This document shows positions 12,757-23,709 of a DNA stretch of 64,000 nt, one piece after another (position 1 is the stretch's first letter; each line of letters starts with the position of its first letter). Origin of the DNA: Lama glama (lineage: Eukaryota). The DNA lies in assembly GCA_028534125.1 (NCBI GenBank), contig CM052825.1, forward strand, positions 6,820,001 to 6,884,000, given 5' to 3'. Both the position numbers and the translations under genes were made by a program. The notes below the pieces were generated by a model. That model was not told the DNA's origin and did no database searches. It saw only the letters and a program-made list of their open reading frames with translations.

Positions 12757-12894
12757 CTTGCACTGCAGGTAGGCGGTCTGGGGCCGGCCCGCATCGTCTG
12801 TGTAGATGACCTGCATGACATGCGAGCTGCCGAAGCTCTTATCCTCCACCTTTTCTGCTGCCCGGATGTTGGCCAGCTTGATGAGGGTGCTTTT
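12757..12894 (-). CDS. RASA4: RASA4 exon 17 (KSTLIKLANIRAAEKVEDKSF...YLQCK)
   Basis: PH domain; 138 nt. Confidence 0.95.
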
Positions 12895-14531
12895 CTGGGG
12901 TGGAGAGGGGAAGGGAGGTTCAGGGCACAGCCAGGATTGCTCCACTTCCTGTCTCTGGGCCTCAGTCTCTCCTTTGGCAGCATCAGGGGTTGTGGGGGAG
13001 ACCCAGAGTGCCTACGCTCCCAGGAGCCTGCTCTGAATGACCTCAGGCGGGACAGAGCGCAGATAGAGGGTGGCCAAGTGCCCGACCCCTCGGGGGCTCT
13101 GAGCAGTCCCGGGAGGTCTGAGCTCTGGTATAGTGTCTGGAAACACAGTATTCCCCGGGGCTGGAAAGCACCACCTGGCGTGGACCAGGCCCTGTGCCTC
13201 TGCAGCTAATTTCCCAACTCACTGTGATGTTCCAGACTCTCAAGGTCATACCCCAACTCCCCGCCCCTGCCCCACCCCTGCTATCATCGAATTTGACAAG
13301 ATACAGTGCAACAGAGAGAAACTCTGGCTTCAAAATGTGTTACAGCTGAATCTGTGTCGCCAGCGCCCAGCCCCTGTTCTCCCTGTCTCTTGAACCCTCT
13401 CCCGTCAGAACTCACCAGGGCCTCTCACCATCGTTATGACTGGATCCCCTGGCCCTCAGGATAACACCCACCACCCCTGCTGGCCTTACAGGTAAGCAGA
13501 GGAGACAGTACCACCTTTTAGGAGGACTGGGGAAACCTGGAGAGGGACCCTGGGGACACATGACTGAGCCTCCTCCCGGTGGGCTTCCCAAAGGACAGAC
13601 AGGACATCGCAGAGGAAGTGCTGCCCGTGCAGGGGTGTGTCGGCTGGAGAGGAGGCAGAAAGGAGATGAGCAGTGCACAGGGGGATACACGGATGTGCCC
13701 ACAGGATGTCAGAGCTCAATGCCAAGGAATGGAAAGGGGCCCAGAGCAGCGTGAGGGAGGGCCCAGGTAGCCAGGCTTTGCCGAGGTGACCTAAGGGCCG
13801 GGCAGTTGCTTGAAGTGAAAGAAAATGCACAGTGGGAGGCCTGGGCTGAAGGGTTACCTCTGGGAGCCCCTTCACCCGCTCTGCCCCACCTCAAGCTGCA
13901 CAGGGCTGGTTGGGCATCCCTGGGGACTGGAGATCAGGTTGGCCCAGCTAGGGGCCAACAGGTCTATCCAGAAAGTATGAGCTCAGCCCTTTTGGGGAGG
14001 AAAGTGCTCATAAGAGGCCAGCCCAGGGGACATAGTGTCTTCACAATACATTGGTTGAGATGTGCTCTGTGCCAGGCCCTGGCTCTGGACTCTTAGAGAG
14101 ATCATCTCATCTAATTCTCAACAACCCGGTAAGTAGGGACCATTATCCCCAATTTACAGGCCAAGCCCCCAAGGCTCAGACAGGTTGACACACTTCCCCT
14201 AGGTATACAGGGCTGGAACCCAGGACTCCTCTTAGCCCCTCTCTGCTTCCTTGATCTCCAGAAGCACCCCTCAGAACCCCACCTCACCCATCACCTGACC
14301 ATCGCCAGGGCTGGACACTGCGGCCACTGCCCACCCCAGGGCCCGCCAGGCAGTGGGGCTTCTTTCTCATTGGTCTTAAGTGACCTTGTGGCAGACACCA
14401 GAAGCGTGCACCTGCCTGGCTTTCCTCTCTGACCCTGGTGGACTCTGGGATGGGCTCCAAGAAATGGACAGGTGTCTCTAGGGTGTTAAAACCCCTCGGA
14501 GCCAGACCTGCCCTGTTCCTTCCTTACCCAC

Positions 14532-14627
14532 CTTGGAGCTGGGTGTCTTGGCAAAGCTGAGGGCCTCCGTGGTGAGGGAGAAGTAGAGCTTCTTGAAGGA
14601 GGAGGACATGAGGGGGCCTTTGCCCTT
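14532..14627 (-). CDS. RASA4: RASA4 exon 16, 3' part (KGKGPLMSSSFKKLYFSLTTEALSFAKTPSSK); 5' part in gap
   Basis: PH-domain start; truncated by the N run at 14628. Confidence 0.92.
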
Positions 14628-15127
14628 NNNNNNNNNNNNNNNNNNNNNNNNNNNNNNNNNNNNNNNNNNNNNNNNNNNNNNNNNNNNNNNNNNNNNNNNN
14701 NNNNNNNNNNNNNNNNNNNNNNNNNNNNNNNNNNNNNNNNNNNNNNNNNNNNNNNNNNNNNNNNNNNNNNNNNNNNNNNNNNNNNNNNNNNNNNNNNNNN
14801 NNNNNNNNNNNNNNNNNNNNNNNNNNNNNNNNNNNNNNNNNNNNNNNNNNNNNNNNNNNNNNNNNNNNNNNNNNNNNNNNNNNNNNNNNNNNNNNNNNNN
14901 NNNNNNNNNNNNNNNNNNNNNNNNNNNNNNNNNNNNNNNNNNNNNNNNNNNNNNNNNNNNNNNNNNNNNNNNNNNNNNNNNNNNNNNNNNNNNNNNNNNN
15001 NNNNNNNNNNNNNNNNNNNNNNNNNNNNNNNNNNNNNNNNNNNNNNNNNNNNNNNNNNNNNNNNNNNNNNNNNNNNNNNNNNNNNNNNNNNNNNNNNNNN
15101 NNNNNNNNNNNNNNNNNNNNNNNNNNN
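14628..15127. other. Assembly gap (500 N) inside RASA4
   Basis: Run of N. Confidence 1.
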
Positions 15128-15330
15128 CTACAGATTCAATATCAGATTCTGCTCCACTGGGTACCCTGGCCCAAGAAAGCTTTGTAAATCGAAGTGCAGC
15201 GCCACGTGAGAATATCCGTGGCCAGCCACGAGGCTTTCCTGGAGCCGGTGGGGAACACAGCGCAGTCCAGGTAGGGACCCTTGTTCAGCACCCAGCGGGG
15301 CATCTCGCGCCGGCGTCCACAGTCCCGGAC

Positions 15331-15468
15331 CTTGGCCAGCAGGAGCAGGGTGCGGCTGGTGCGGGCGTCTGCGTGCCGCTCGCGTAGGTGGAAGAGCTTG
15401 GGCGCCATGATGGCAGGAGAGATGAAGCGCAGGCACAGGAAGCTGGTGACGGCGATGAAGGGCAAGTT
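15331..15468 (-). CDS. RASA4: RASA4 exon 14 (NLPFIAVTSFLCLRFISPAIMAPKLF...RTLLLLAK)
   Basis: RasGAP signature (FLR-like ...LRFISPAI.AP); 138 nt. Confidence 0.95.
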
Positions 15469-15682
15469 CTGGAAGGGTGTGGGAGAGTTGGGGGCCAGAC
15501 TCCCTGGGGCCTGGGCTCTCACAGCCCCCCCCCCCGCCTTGGGCGTTGAACCCTGTTTCCCTCCCCCCATGACCTTGCCTCTCTTCTGGCCCTCGGCTTC
15601 TAACCGTCCGTCCCCCCTCCCACCATGCCCTGGGGCCCCACAGCTCCCTCTTTCCCCATCACTTTCTCCCCTCCGCCCAGCC

Positions 15683-15701
15683 CCACCAGCAGAGGGCGCA
15701 C
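15683..15701 (+). promoter_or_regulatory. CTCF consensus core CCAGCAGAGGGCGC
   Basis: Exact match to CCASYAGRKGGCRS at 15686-15699. Confidence 0.55.
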
Positions 15702-15894
15702 CTCGTCCTGGGCGCTGGGGAAGCGCTCGCGCACGCGCCGGAAGAGCTGGCGGAAGGTGGCGCGGACCACGGCGGGGCATGCGCGAACCGACCGAGTGAG
15801 CGCGCTCAGCAGCGCCCCCAGGTGGGCACGCAGCGTCTGTGCGCTCTGCTCCAGCACCTCAGCCTCGGTCTGAGGGCGGTGCAGCCCGGAGCAC
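15702..15894 (-). CDS. RASA4: RASA4 exon 13 (CSGLHRPQTEAEVLEQSAQTLRAHL...RFPSAQDE)
   Basis: 193 nt, donor GTGCGC. Confidence 0.95.
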
Positions 15895-16130
15895 CTGAGT
15901 CGGGCGGGAGAGAACCCGCAGAAAGGTCGAGGTCAGCGCTTGCATCCACGACTCGGACTGGGGCTCCCGGAGGCACAGGCGTCAGCCGAGGCAAGGACAC
16001 AGAGACAAAGCACAAGTGGGCAGACCAGACGAAAGGTATCCCCAGGTAGAAAGAGCCATAATCACAGACTTGCAGAAAGGGCCTAACCTCCCCTACCCAC
16101 CACGCCTTCAGGGATCACCCGTGGCCTCAC

Positions 16131-16243
16131 CCTACATCCTTGACCTCCACTTTGCTGGGGTCCAGCTCCACGTACTTCTTCTCCTCAAACACCTTGTCAA
16201 TGATGGGGCCCAGGACGCCATGCAGATACCGCATCCCAGCCAC
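16131..16243 (-). CDS. RASA4: RASA4 exon 12 (VAGMRYLHGVLGPIIDKVFEEKKYVELDPSKVEVKDV)
   Basis: ELDP motif; 113 nt. Confidence 0.95.
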
Positions 16244-16568
16244 CTGGGGGCCACCGTGAGCAGCATTGGTCCCTCTCCCACCTCCAGCTGCTGGCCACCT
16301 CACCGCAGCTGGCCTCCCAGCCACCCCTTGCACCACCTGACTGCTGTATCCACTCGGAATAGAGCCAGGGACAAGGAGAGGGCGGCTCAATAAACTGCTG
16401 CTACGTGAATAAAAGAATAAATAATTGACTGAATGAAATTCTTAGGTTTAAAAGGGCCCTGGACAGGAGACAGAAGATTCAGGTTTAAGTTGCCACTCTG
16501 TCTCTTGGCCTCTCTGAACCTCAGTCTCCTCATCTATAAAACAAAGACAATATATCATGCAACATCAC

Positions 16569-16633
16569 CTTCAGAAAAGACTCCATGGACTTGGAGGCCA
16601 GAGAATTGCTCCGGAACAGGGTGTTGGCCTCAT
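16569..16633 (-). CDS. RASA4: RASA4 exon 11 (EANTLFRSNSLASKSMESFLK; arginine finger)
   Basis: TLFRSNS RasGAP arginine-finger motif; 65 nt. Confidence 0.95.
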
Positions 16634-16952
16634 CTACAAGCAGAGGTTCCAGTGGGTAGGGGGTTGGGAGAGGGACAAGGCTTGGGGGAGGAGAACAGAG
16701 GACCTTGGGGCTGGGGGGCTCTACACTGGCCTCCCAGGAAAGAGCCTTCTCACCACCTCCCAACCCAGAGCTCCACCTCTGCCTTTTCTTCTCTTTGCCT
16801 CCTAATCTGACCCTTCTCCGTCCTAATCGGACCCATCAACCTCCTACAGGAGGACTTCCGGATTTTTCCCCTCCCAGCATCCCTGGAGTCCTTGGCTCCT
16901 GGCTCCCCTACCCAACACACCCTCAGACAGGCCACTCCCTCCCAGGCCTCAC

Positions 16953-17103
16953 TGGTGCGTCCCAGCTCCAGCTGAAAGAGCAGGTCCAGAAAGTCTTTGG
17001 CCAGTCCCTGTCCTAGGAAGAGCTTGAGCAGGGTGGTGGCCACGTCCTGGCGGCACTCGGTGCTTGTGGTCTCCTCGATGAGTGGGATCAGCTGCCCTGG
17101 GCC
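16953..17103 (-). CDS. RASA4: RASA4 exon 10 (GPGQLIPLIEETTSTECRQDVATTLLKLFLGQG...GRT)
   Basis: 151 nt, AG/GT. Confidence 0.95.
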
Positions 17104-17361
17104 CTGCAGGAGGCAGCAAGGAGAGGCAGGGCTGCAGGATGCACAGGGGAACCCAAACCCTTCACTCTGAGGACTGCAGAAGGTCCACCATGGGGGAGGG
17201 GGGATTTTCCCAAGGGATGGAGGGGCCCTAGACACTGGCTGGTTCCTTACCGACCTGACAACTCAAGAGCTTTGCTCTTCAGAGCGGGCTGAGGACAGGG
17301 TGACCCTGTCTACTGTCCCTGGACCCTCCCACCTTCCCCAGGGGGTGGGGGGGACCCTCAC

Positions 17362-17479
17362 CTGGGTGCCCAGCTTCACCTCTTGGCACAGCAGCTGCAC
17401 AAGTGGCTGGTAGCAGCCGGAGGGCAGCACCGTCTCATCCCGCAGCCGCACCTCCAGTTGCAAGGAGCCCAGGTTACCC
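17362..17479 (-). CDS. RASA4: RASA4 exon 9 (GNLGSLQLEVRLRDETVLPSGCYQPLVQLLCQEVKLGTQ)
   Basis: 118 nt, AG/GT. Confidence 0.95.
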
Positions 17480-18226
17480 CTAGAATGGGAGGCCTGTGAC
17501 CTCTCCACCAGGAAACGAGGCCACTGGGGCCACGCCCCCTCCCACACTGCCTCCGTCTCCCCAGCTTGGGGTCCGCCTCTCTCTCTCTGCTCGTGCCCTC
17601 CACCTTGGTTTCCTGCACTGCCCGAGCTGTTCTGTTCGAAAGGCCCTTCCTGCCTCCACAGCCAGGGAACTCCATCTGTCTTCAAGGCCTGGCTCCACGC
17701 CACTTCTAGACCCCGGGGCTCCAGCCTTCACCCGTGTGGACATGTTGAGCTCCTGAGCCTTGATTCTGTCAACTCCCAAAGAGCAGCTCCTGCATGTGTA
17801 TTTTTACACTGGAAGCAAATTCCCAAGCCTCCTAACATCCTGCCAGGGGAATCGGAGGCTCTAACACCAGAAGCCACTTCCTACATTGGGCCTAACTTCC
17901 AAGCTCCTCCGTGCTGACCCCTCCTGGGGAGGGCGCTGACCAACGCGTACCAGTCTCCAAGGCTCCCGCCCTGCAGCACAGCTCAGCTCACTGAGTGACA
18001 CACGGCCTCACCTGCAGTAGTGGCCATCAAGGCTGCCCATGGCTGGTTCATGGAGATGCCTGGAGCTGGACACAGCCGTGTGCCCTGCCCCTGCCCTGTT
18101 GAGGGTGGGGGTGGGGGGTGTCTGAGGCCTTCTACAGAGAGCCAGAGCCCCCATCTGAGGTGGGGTCCTGGCTGATCCTCCACTTTCAGTTAAGTAGTGG
18201 ACAAGGAGGCCGGAGGGCTCCCTTGA

Positions 18227-18391
18227 CAGGGCTGCCAGATTTACCAAACTTAAAATACAAGACACCCAGTTAAGCTGAGTATTTTTAACATGTTTGTCTC
18301 AAATATTGCATGGACATATATTAAAAAATTATCCAGGGTTGATCTGAAACTCAGTGTTACCAAGCATCCTGCATTTTATCTGGTAACCCTG
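18227..18391. mobile_element. MER53 palindromic hAT MITE in RASA4 intron 8
   Basis: TIRs CAGGGCTGCCAGAT.../...ATCTGGTAACCCTG; 8-bp TSD-like flanks tcccttga/ttcctgga; central imperfect palindrome. Confidence 0.8.
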
Positions 18392-18785
18392 TTCCTGGAA
18401 AATCTGGGGAGGAGTCAGAGCTATGGCTCAGGGACACTGACTCGCAGCTCTGGGGGCTTGAACTCTGGTCTGAGGTCTGCAGAGAAACCCTCAAAGGGAA
18501 AGGGTCTGAAGGCTGGTTCTAGAATCTACCAGAAGGTAGAAAACAGAGACCTGTTCTGCCCTGGAGCTCCAAGGACAGGGCTGAGTCCAGGACTATGAGA
18601 AGGCAGAAGAGGCGGGATTCTACCAGATGGAGAAGGATGCTGGCCAGTGGGCAAGGGTTAAAAGAAGCCTAGGGCTGCATCAGCCACCCCTAATCAGCAC
18701 CCCTGCCTGCCTGGGGAGTTAACTTTCAGCCTCCCGGGGGCCCAGAGACCCCCGCTGGCCTGCCAGCCCAGCCCCAGGTACTCAC

Positions 18786-18877
18786 TCTTCCCGCCGCCTC
18801 TTAGACTGGTCGGGCTGCAACCGGAACCAGCCCTCCTCCTGCTGGGCTGCCCACAGTCTCTGGACGTTGAACACCAC
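18786..18877 (-). CDS. RASA4: RASA4 exon 8 (VVFNVQRLWAAQQEEGWFRLQPDQSKRRRE)
   Basis: 92 nt, donor GTGAGT. Confidence 0.93.
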
Positions 18878-19120
18878 CTGGGGGCAGGGCAGAAGGGTGG
18901 GGGGCACCCTGGGGCTGGGATCCTTACATCTCTTCCTTGCCAGTGACTCTTCTTTTGAGAAGGGAGGTGCCTTCTGAGGGTCCCTGGGCACCAGTAGCTG
19001 ACTCTGAGAAGTCCCAGGTCTCCTGGGTGCCCCTCTGCAGGGCAGCTAGTGGGACGGGATGGCTGGAAGGGAGGCCAGCACGGGAGGCAGCAGGTATAGC
19101 CTGAAGGGGCAGGTGCTCAC

Positions 19121-19252
19121 TTTGCCCAGGAAGTCGTTGCGGCTGACAAGATCCCAGTCCCAGGCCTCCACGCACAGCGCCTCCGCTGCCCCCTCCTCCA
19201 GCTCAAACTCAAACGTCTCGTTCCAGCGTGGGTAGCATGACTTTTTCACGAT
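19121..19252 (-). CDS. RASA4: RASA4 exon 7 (IVKKSCYPRWNETFEF...WDWDLVSRNDFLGK)
   Basis: C2B WDWD/NDFLG motifs; 132 nt. Confidence 0.95.
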
Positions 19253-19812
19253 CTGCCCAGAAAGGGGTGAGTGGGGGTAGGGCTGACTCCATGGGGTAGA
19301 GCCACCAAAACACCTCCCTTGGGTGCCCCCCAGGGGCCCTGATGCAGCTTCCTCTCCTTGGTCCAGGCAAAGGCCCCAAAATAGCAGACGTAAGAACTTC
19401 CTGTCCAAACCCCTATTCACTTCTCAAGTGAGGCAGCTGAGGCCCAGAGCTAGTAAGGCACTTGTTCAAGGCCACACAGCAGAAAGGTAGCAGGTTGCAC
19501 TGAGGACCCAGGTCTCAGTGCTCTCCCCGCCAGGGCTGAGCCCACCACCCTGGCTGTTTCCCAGAGGTGAGAAAAGCAGTATGGACTTTGCAGATTAACC
19601 CCAGGAGAGCTGTCTTTGGCCTGGCCCAGCCAAGAGTGACAGGTGGCTGAGGCCACAGGAATTGGTACTAAAAGGGCTGGGACCCACTGTGCACCCTCGG
19701 AGAGGTCACCCCACTTTTCTGAGCCTCCTCTGTAAGACTGCAGTCCCCACCTGACCACCCAGGTGATGGTGAAAGAAACTCCTGCCCCCTCCCAGCCCAC
19801 CAGCCTCCTCAC

Positions 19813-19894
19813 CGAGGTCTCCTGCATCCGGCCGTTGTAGCGCACGCGGACAAAGGGGTCAGAGGCACCATTCCGGTCCTTGGGGGCTAGGTCC
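19813..19894 (-). CDS. RASA4: RASA4 exon 6 (DLAPKDRNGASDPFVRVRYNGRMQETS)
   Basis: C2B SDPF motif; 82 nt. Confidence 0.95.
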
Positions 19895-21770
19895 CTGGGC
19901 GGGAGCAGAGCATCCACTTGTCACCAAGCCTCCCCAAGCGCTCACCCCACCGCTGTGGGGCAACCACACCAGGCTGGAAAGGCCTGAGCACCTCCTGGCG
20001 CTGCCAAGCTGGGTGACAAGAGTGCCTCACCCTTTTCTGGACCCCGATTCCCACTGCATGTATCTGGTGGGCCCCCATGTGGCCCCCACACCAGGCTAAG
20101 GATCCTCAAAGGCTCCTGACTCCGCAGCTGCAGACGAGCTGCAGACCAGCTGCAGTGCCTCCTCTGGCGGATGGGTGAGGCGAGGCAAATGCAGTTGTGA
20201 GATAGCCGGGGCCAGGGGTGCCCCTCCCGCCACCGCCCTCTGTGCCGAGGACAAGGGCCACCCCTCTGAGCCTCAGTGTCCTCATCAGTAAAATGGAGAA
20301 GATAATCCCTTTAAGTGAAATAATGGGCTTCTAGCAGGCCTGTCCCCGCAACCTCCCCCTACTTGGGGGGGTGGCTTGGAGAGCAGCCCGGCCCGTCACG
20401 CTACCCTCTCCCCACAGATGGGCCTTTACGAAGCCCAAGGCTGCTCGTGCGCCCCAGGCTTAGAACCCTTTGTGGAAGAGCCATGAAGCCCACTCCTCTT
20501 CATTCCCTGTAAATGTGATTTTCTGCTCTTTGCCATCTTTTACATCTTAAGCCTCTCGCGCCTGCTTTTCTTTCCTCCTCAGAACTGCCTAATAGAATTC
20601 CTGAGCTTGGCGTTGACAATCTGCCCAGAGAGACGAGGAGAAAATGTTCTCTCGGCCTCTGCCACAAAGGCAGCTCCTTATGGGGGTCTGAGCTGAGGAG
20701 AGTGGGGCACGAGTCCTCTCACACCCAAAGAGACATCTGACCGACCGCTGCCCTCACCCGCCCAGGCTGGCCCAGCCGTTGTGTCCCCGACAGCCTGGGC
20801 AGTGTGAGTGCATGTGTGAGCATGTTAGCGCGCGTGTGAGCCTGTGTATGCTTGGGTCACAGAGAGCCTGGTGCCAGGTGACGCTGAGGAAGGAGGAAAT
20901 GGGTGAGAAGGGACTGGATGGCGTGTGAGGATGACAGAGCCTAGGGAGCATGACCTTGACCCTGCCCAAGTCCAGCTCTTTTCTGTCTGGCTGGGCCTCT
21001 TCTATATCCAGCCCTGGGACAGAAAATAAAGCCACGGGCCTCATTCTCAGGAGGGAGAGCTTCCTGCCAGAGAGGCCAGCCAGCTTGCCAGGGGGACACT
21101 CCTGCACAGGTGCTGGCTGGCAGCGTGTCCCTCCAAGGGTGGCAGGTAGAGGCTGGGGGCCGCCCCGGACTCCCACCCCAGAGGCAGGCAAGACCCCGGT
21201 GGAGGTGGGCTGGAGCCAGAAAGGAAGCTTCTTCTGGAGTGTGTGTGACTCACACTCAGGCCCAGGCGGGAGTGGAGCCTGCAGCTAAAAATACCCTGGT
21301 CGGGGTGGAGGGGGGTCCCTGTCCCAGGTGACAGGCCCATCTTCCCATCCAAGTCACTGTCCCTCCTGGGGAGAACCCCACCCTCCCACCTGGAGATTTT
21401 CAGCAACTCCTTTCACCTCCCCCCATCCCACTGAGGACTTCCCCCTCACATGTCAGGCCAAGTTCATATTAAAGTTAAAGCAGGGGGACGCCCAGCCTTG
21501 GCACCGGGGCTGTATGGGCAGAGTTCAGGGCCCCCCTCACCCGTTACCCCCACTGCTCTGTGACGCCTGAAGTTCCACCTTTAGAATGTCATCCCTTCCC
21601 GAGTGGGGTTGTTTGGGAAACAATCTTCAGGGCAGAGAAGCCTCCCCAATCCCCCCCAAGAGCCCCCTTTCCTGGGAGAAAGCACAGGGCCAGGAGGGGG
21701 AGTTGGGGGAGCGGAGGCCCCACGTCCACAATGGGGCCCACTGCCCAGCTCTGCAGCCCCCACAGCTCAC

Positions 21771-21900
21771 CTGGCCTCCAGCACAGAGCAGCGCAGGCGG
21801 CAGGCCCGGGTCCCCGGCACCACCTCCAGCCGCAGGTGGATCTCGCCCTGCACCTCCTCGTCAGGGTCGACCTCCATCAGGTGGGCCCACCCACTGAAAC
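21771..21900 (-). CDS. RASA4: RASA4 exon 5 (FSGWAHLMEVDPDEEVQGEIHLRLEV...CSVLEA)
   Basis: 130 nt, AG/GT, in frame. Confidence 0.95.
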
Positions 21901-23033
21901 CTGAGGGACTGTGGCTCAGCCAGAGGCCTGGCTCTTCACCCTCAGCCCCATCAGGCACCACGGGCCCCTCCAAAGTCCCCCTGGAATCTGCTCAAGCTCC
22001 TCTGAGGCAGCGGCTGCTGTCTCCAGGGACGGATGGGGAAACTGAGGTTCAGAAGCTGAACAACAGCAGTTAAAGGAGTCTGGATTCAAGTCCAAGTCCA
22101 GGGACCCCTGCATCCTCACTACTGTGCCACGCTGCATTTGGTGGCCTTGACCCTGACCCATCCTGGGACCGCCCTCTCTGCATAAGTTTCCCCATCTTAA
22201 AACAAGGGGAGAGTGGCTCTCATCCAGGGCTGCTGAGGGGAGGGCCTCAGCCCAAACAGGGAAGTGACAAGGGAATGGCATCACTGGGGCCACTGGATCC
22301 TGAGGGGCTGGTTGGGCCACGGGCAGGAGAGGCCACTGGCTTGGCAGAGGCCAAAAGGCTCCGGAAGTCAGCAAAGTCCCCGGCCCTCCCCCAGGCTTGC
22401 CCCAGACTCACAGACAGGAGCAGGTGTGTGCTGGGGACGCCCCTTGAGACTCAAAGGGGCCCAGGCCTGCAGAGCCTGCAGCACCTAAGAGCTCCTGGTC
22501 TGCTCTGGTAGATGAGGACTCAGCCTAGAGGAGGCAGCACCTGCCCCAGGTCACAGAGCGAGGCTGGAGTGGGGCTGACCCTTCCAAACTGTGTCAGCAT
22601 CCCCAGAGTCATCCAAGGGGCTTGCCAGCCTTGCCTGGCTCATGGCTGACCTCTCAGGCTTAAGACACTGGGACTCACGCTGAGGGGACCCCAGGGGCTA
22701 CAGAGCCAGCCACCTTGGGAGAAAGGGTCCCTATACCTCAGCAACAGAGCATAAAGAGGCCCCTTCTTCTGCTGCAGAGGCCTCAGACCCCATCCCTAGA
22801 AGCCCCCTTTACCCCGGGGGTATGCAGTCCCCACCCGGGGGTAGAATAGGGCACAGAGGCCAGGGTGCCAGAGATGGAGAGGGCCCAGGTCCTTCCAGGG
22901 TGGGCAGAAATGGCTTTTCCTGAGCATGGGGGCCTGAAGGAGCCCAGAGGAAAGGTCTCTGAGTGGGGGTGGGCAGACAGTGTGGGGGCCGGGGTGGGAG
23001 AAGCAGGAGCGGGCTCCCTCCCGGGGATCTTAC

Positions 23034-23095
23034 CCTTAGGGTGAGTGGCCAGGGTGTCCCTGGTGAGGCAGACCTTCCCGATCACATCGTCCCGG
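23034..23095 (-). CDS. RASA4: RASA4 exon 4 (RDDVIGKVCLTRDTLATHPK)
   Basis: 62 nt, donor GTAAGA. Confidence 0.95.
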
Positions 23096-23411
23096 CTGGA
23101 GGGTAGAGAAGGAGCTGGAGCTGGGCAGGGCTGTGTGTGGAGCCCAGGACCCCCACCCACCCTGTTCAGGGAGGCCCCTGTGGAGAGCAGGGAAGCTAAC
23201 ACTCCAGTCATATGGGACAGAACCCTTGTCCCTTCAGTAGACCTGGATTCTGGAATCTGGGCCTGGGACACATTCCTGCACACAGACTGACCCATGTGCC
23301 CACACACATGCCAAGCTCTTCCCTCCAGGTGTCCATTTCCTAGCTCACATCCCCGGGCACACGCAGCCCAGTGCACATGCACATGCATGACATGGTGGAG
23401 GCACAGTGCAT

Positions 23412-23437
23412 ACACACACACACACACACACACACAC
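23412..23437. repeat. (AC)13 microsatellite
   Basis: Direct inspection. Confidence 0.95.
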
Positions 23438-23595
23438 CACATCCAAACTCTGCACCTTCCAGACCCTCCCAGGCACCCCCTCCTTCCAGGCTGTAAAAAG
23501 GATGCAAAGTGACCATCAGTTCCAGCAGTGAAATGGGCCAGAGAGGGACAGATGGCAGGGTCCAGGCCCCAGCTAAAGGTTGGGGGCCCACCCAC

Positions 23596-23709
23596 CTGAG
23601 GGCATCCTCATCCATGACGTAGAAGGCCACAGAATGGAAGGTGGGCGGGAGATGCACCTGGTACTCCTCGCCCCAGAAGGGGCACAGGGTCTTCCACACT
23701 GTGGCTGTC
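23596..23709 (-). CDS. RASA4: RASA4 exon 3 (TATVWKTLCPFWGEEYQVHLPPTFHSVAFYVMDEDAL)
   Basis: Within ORF 23340..23882; 114 nt, AG/GT. Confidence 0.95.

Larger units (their letters stand above)
15190..15990. promoter_or_regulatory. Intragenic CpG island over RASA4 exons 13-14
   Basis: Dense CpG, e.g. gcgctcgcgcacgcgccgg, extending into the introns. Confidence 0.65.

Noticed and set aside
14593-15387. 264-aa + strand ORF
   Set aside because: Artefact of translating through 500 Ns; antisense to RASA4
20150-20175. CTCF-like CCGCCAGAGGAGGCAC on the minus strand
   Set aside because: Needs an indel to fit the core spacing
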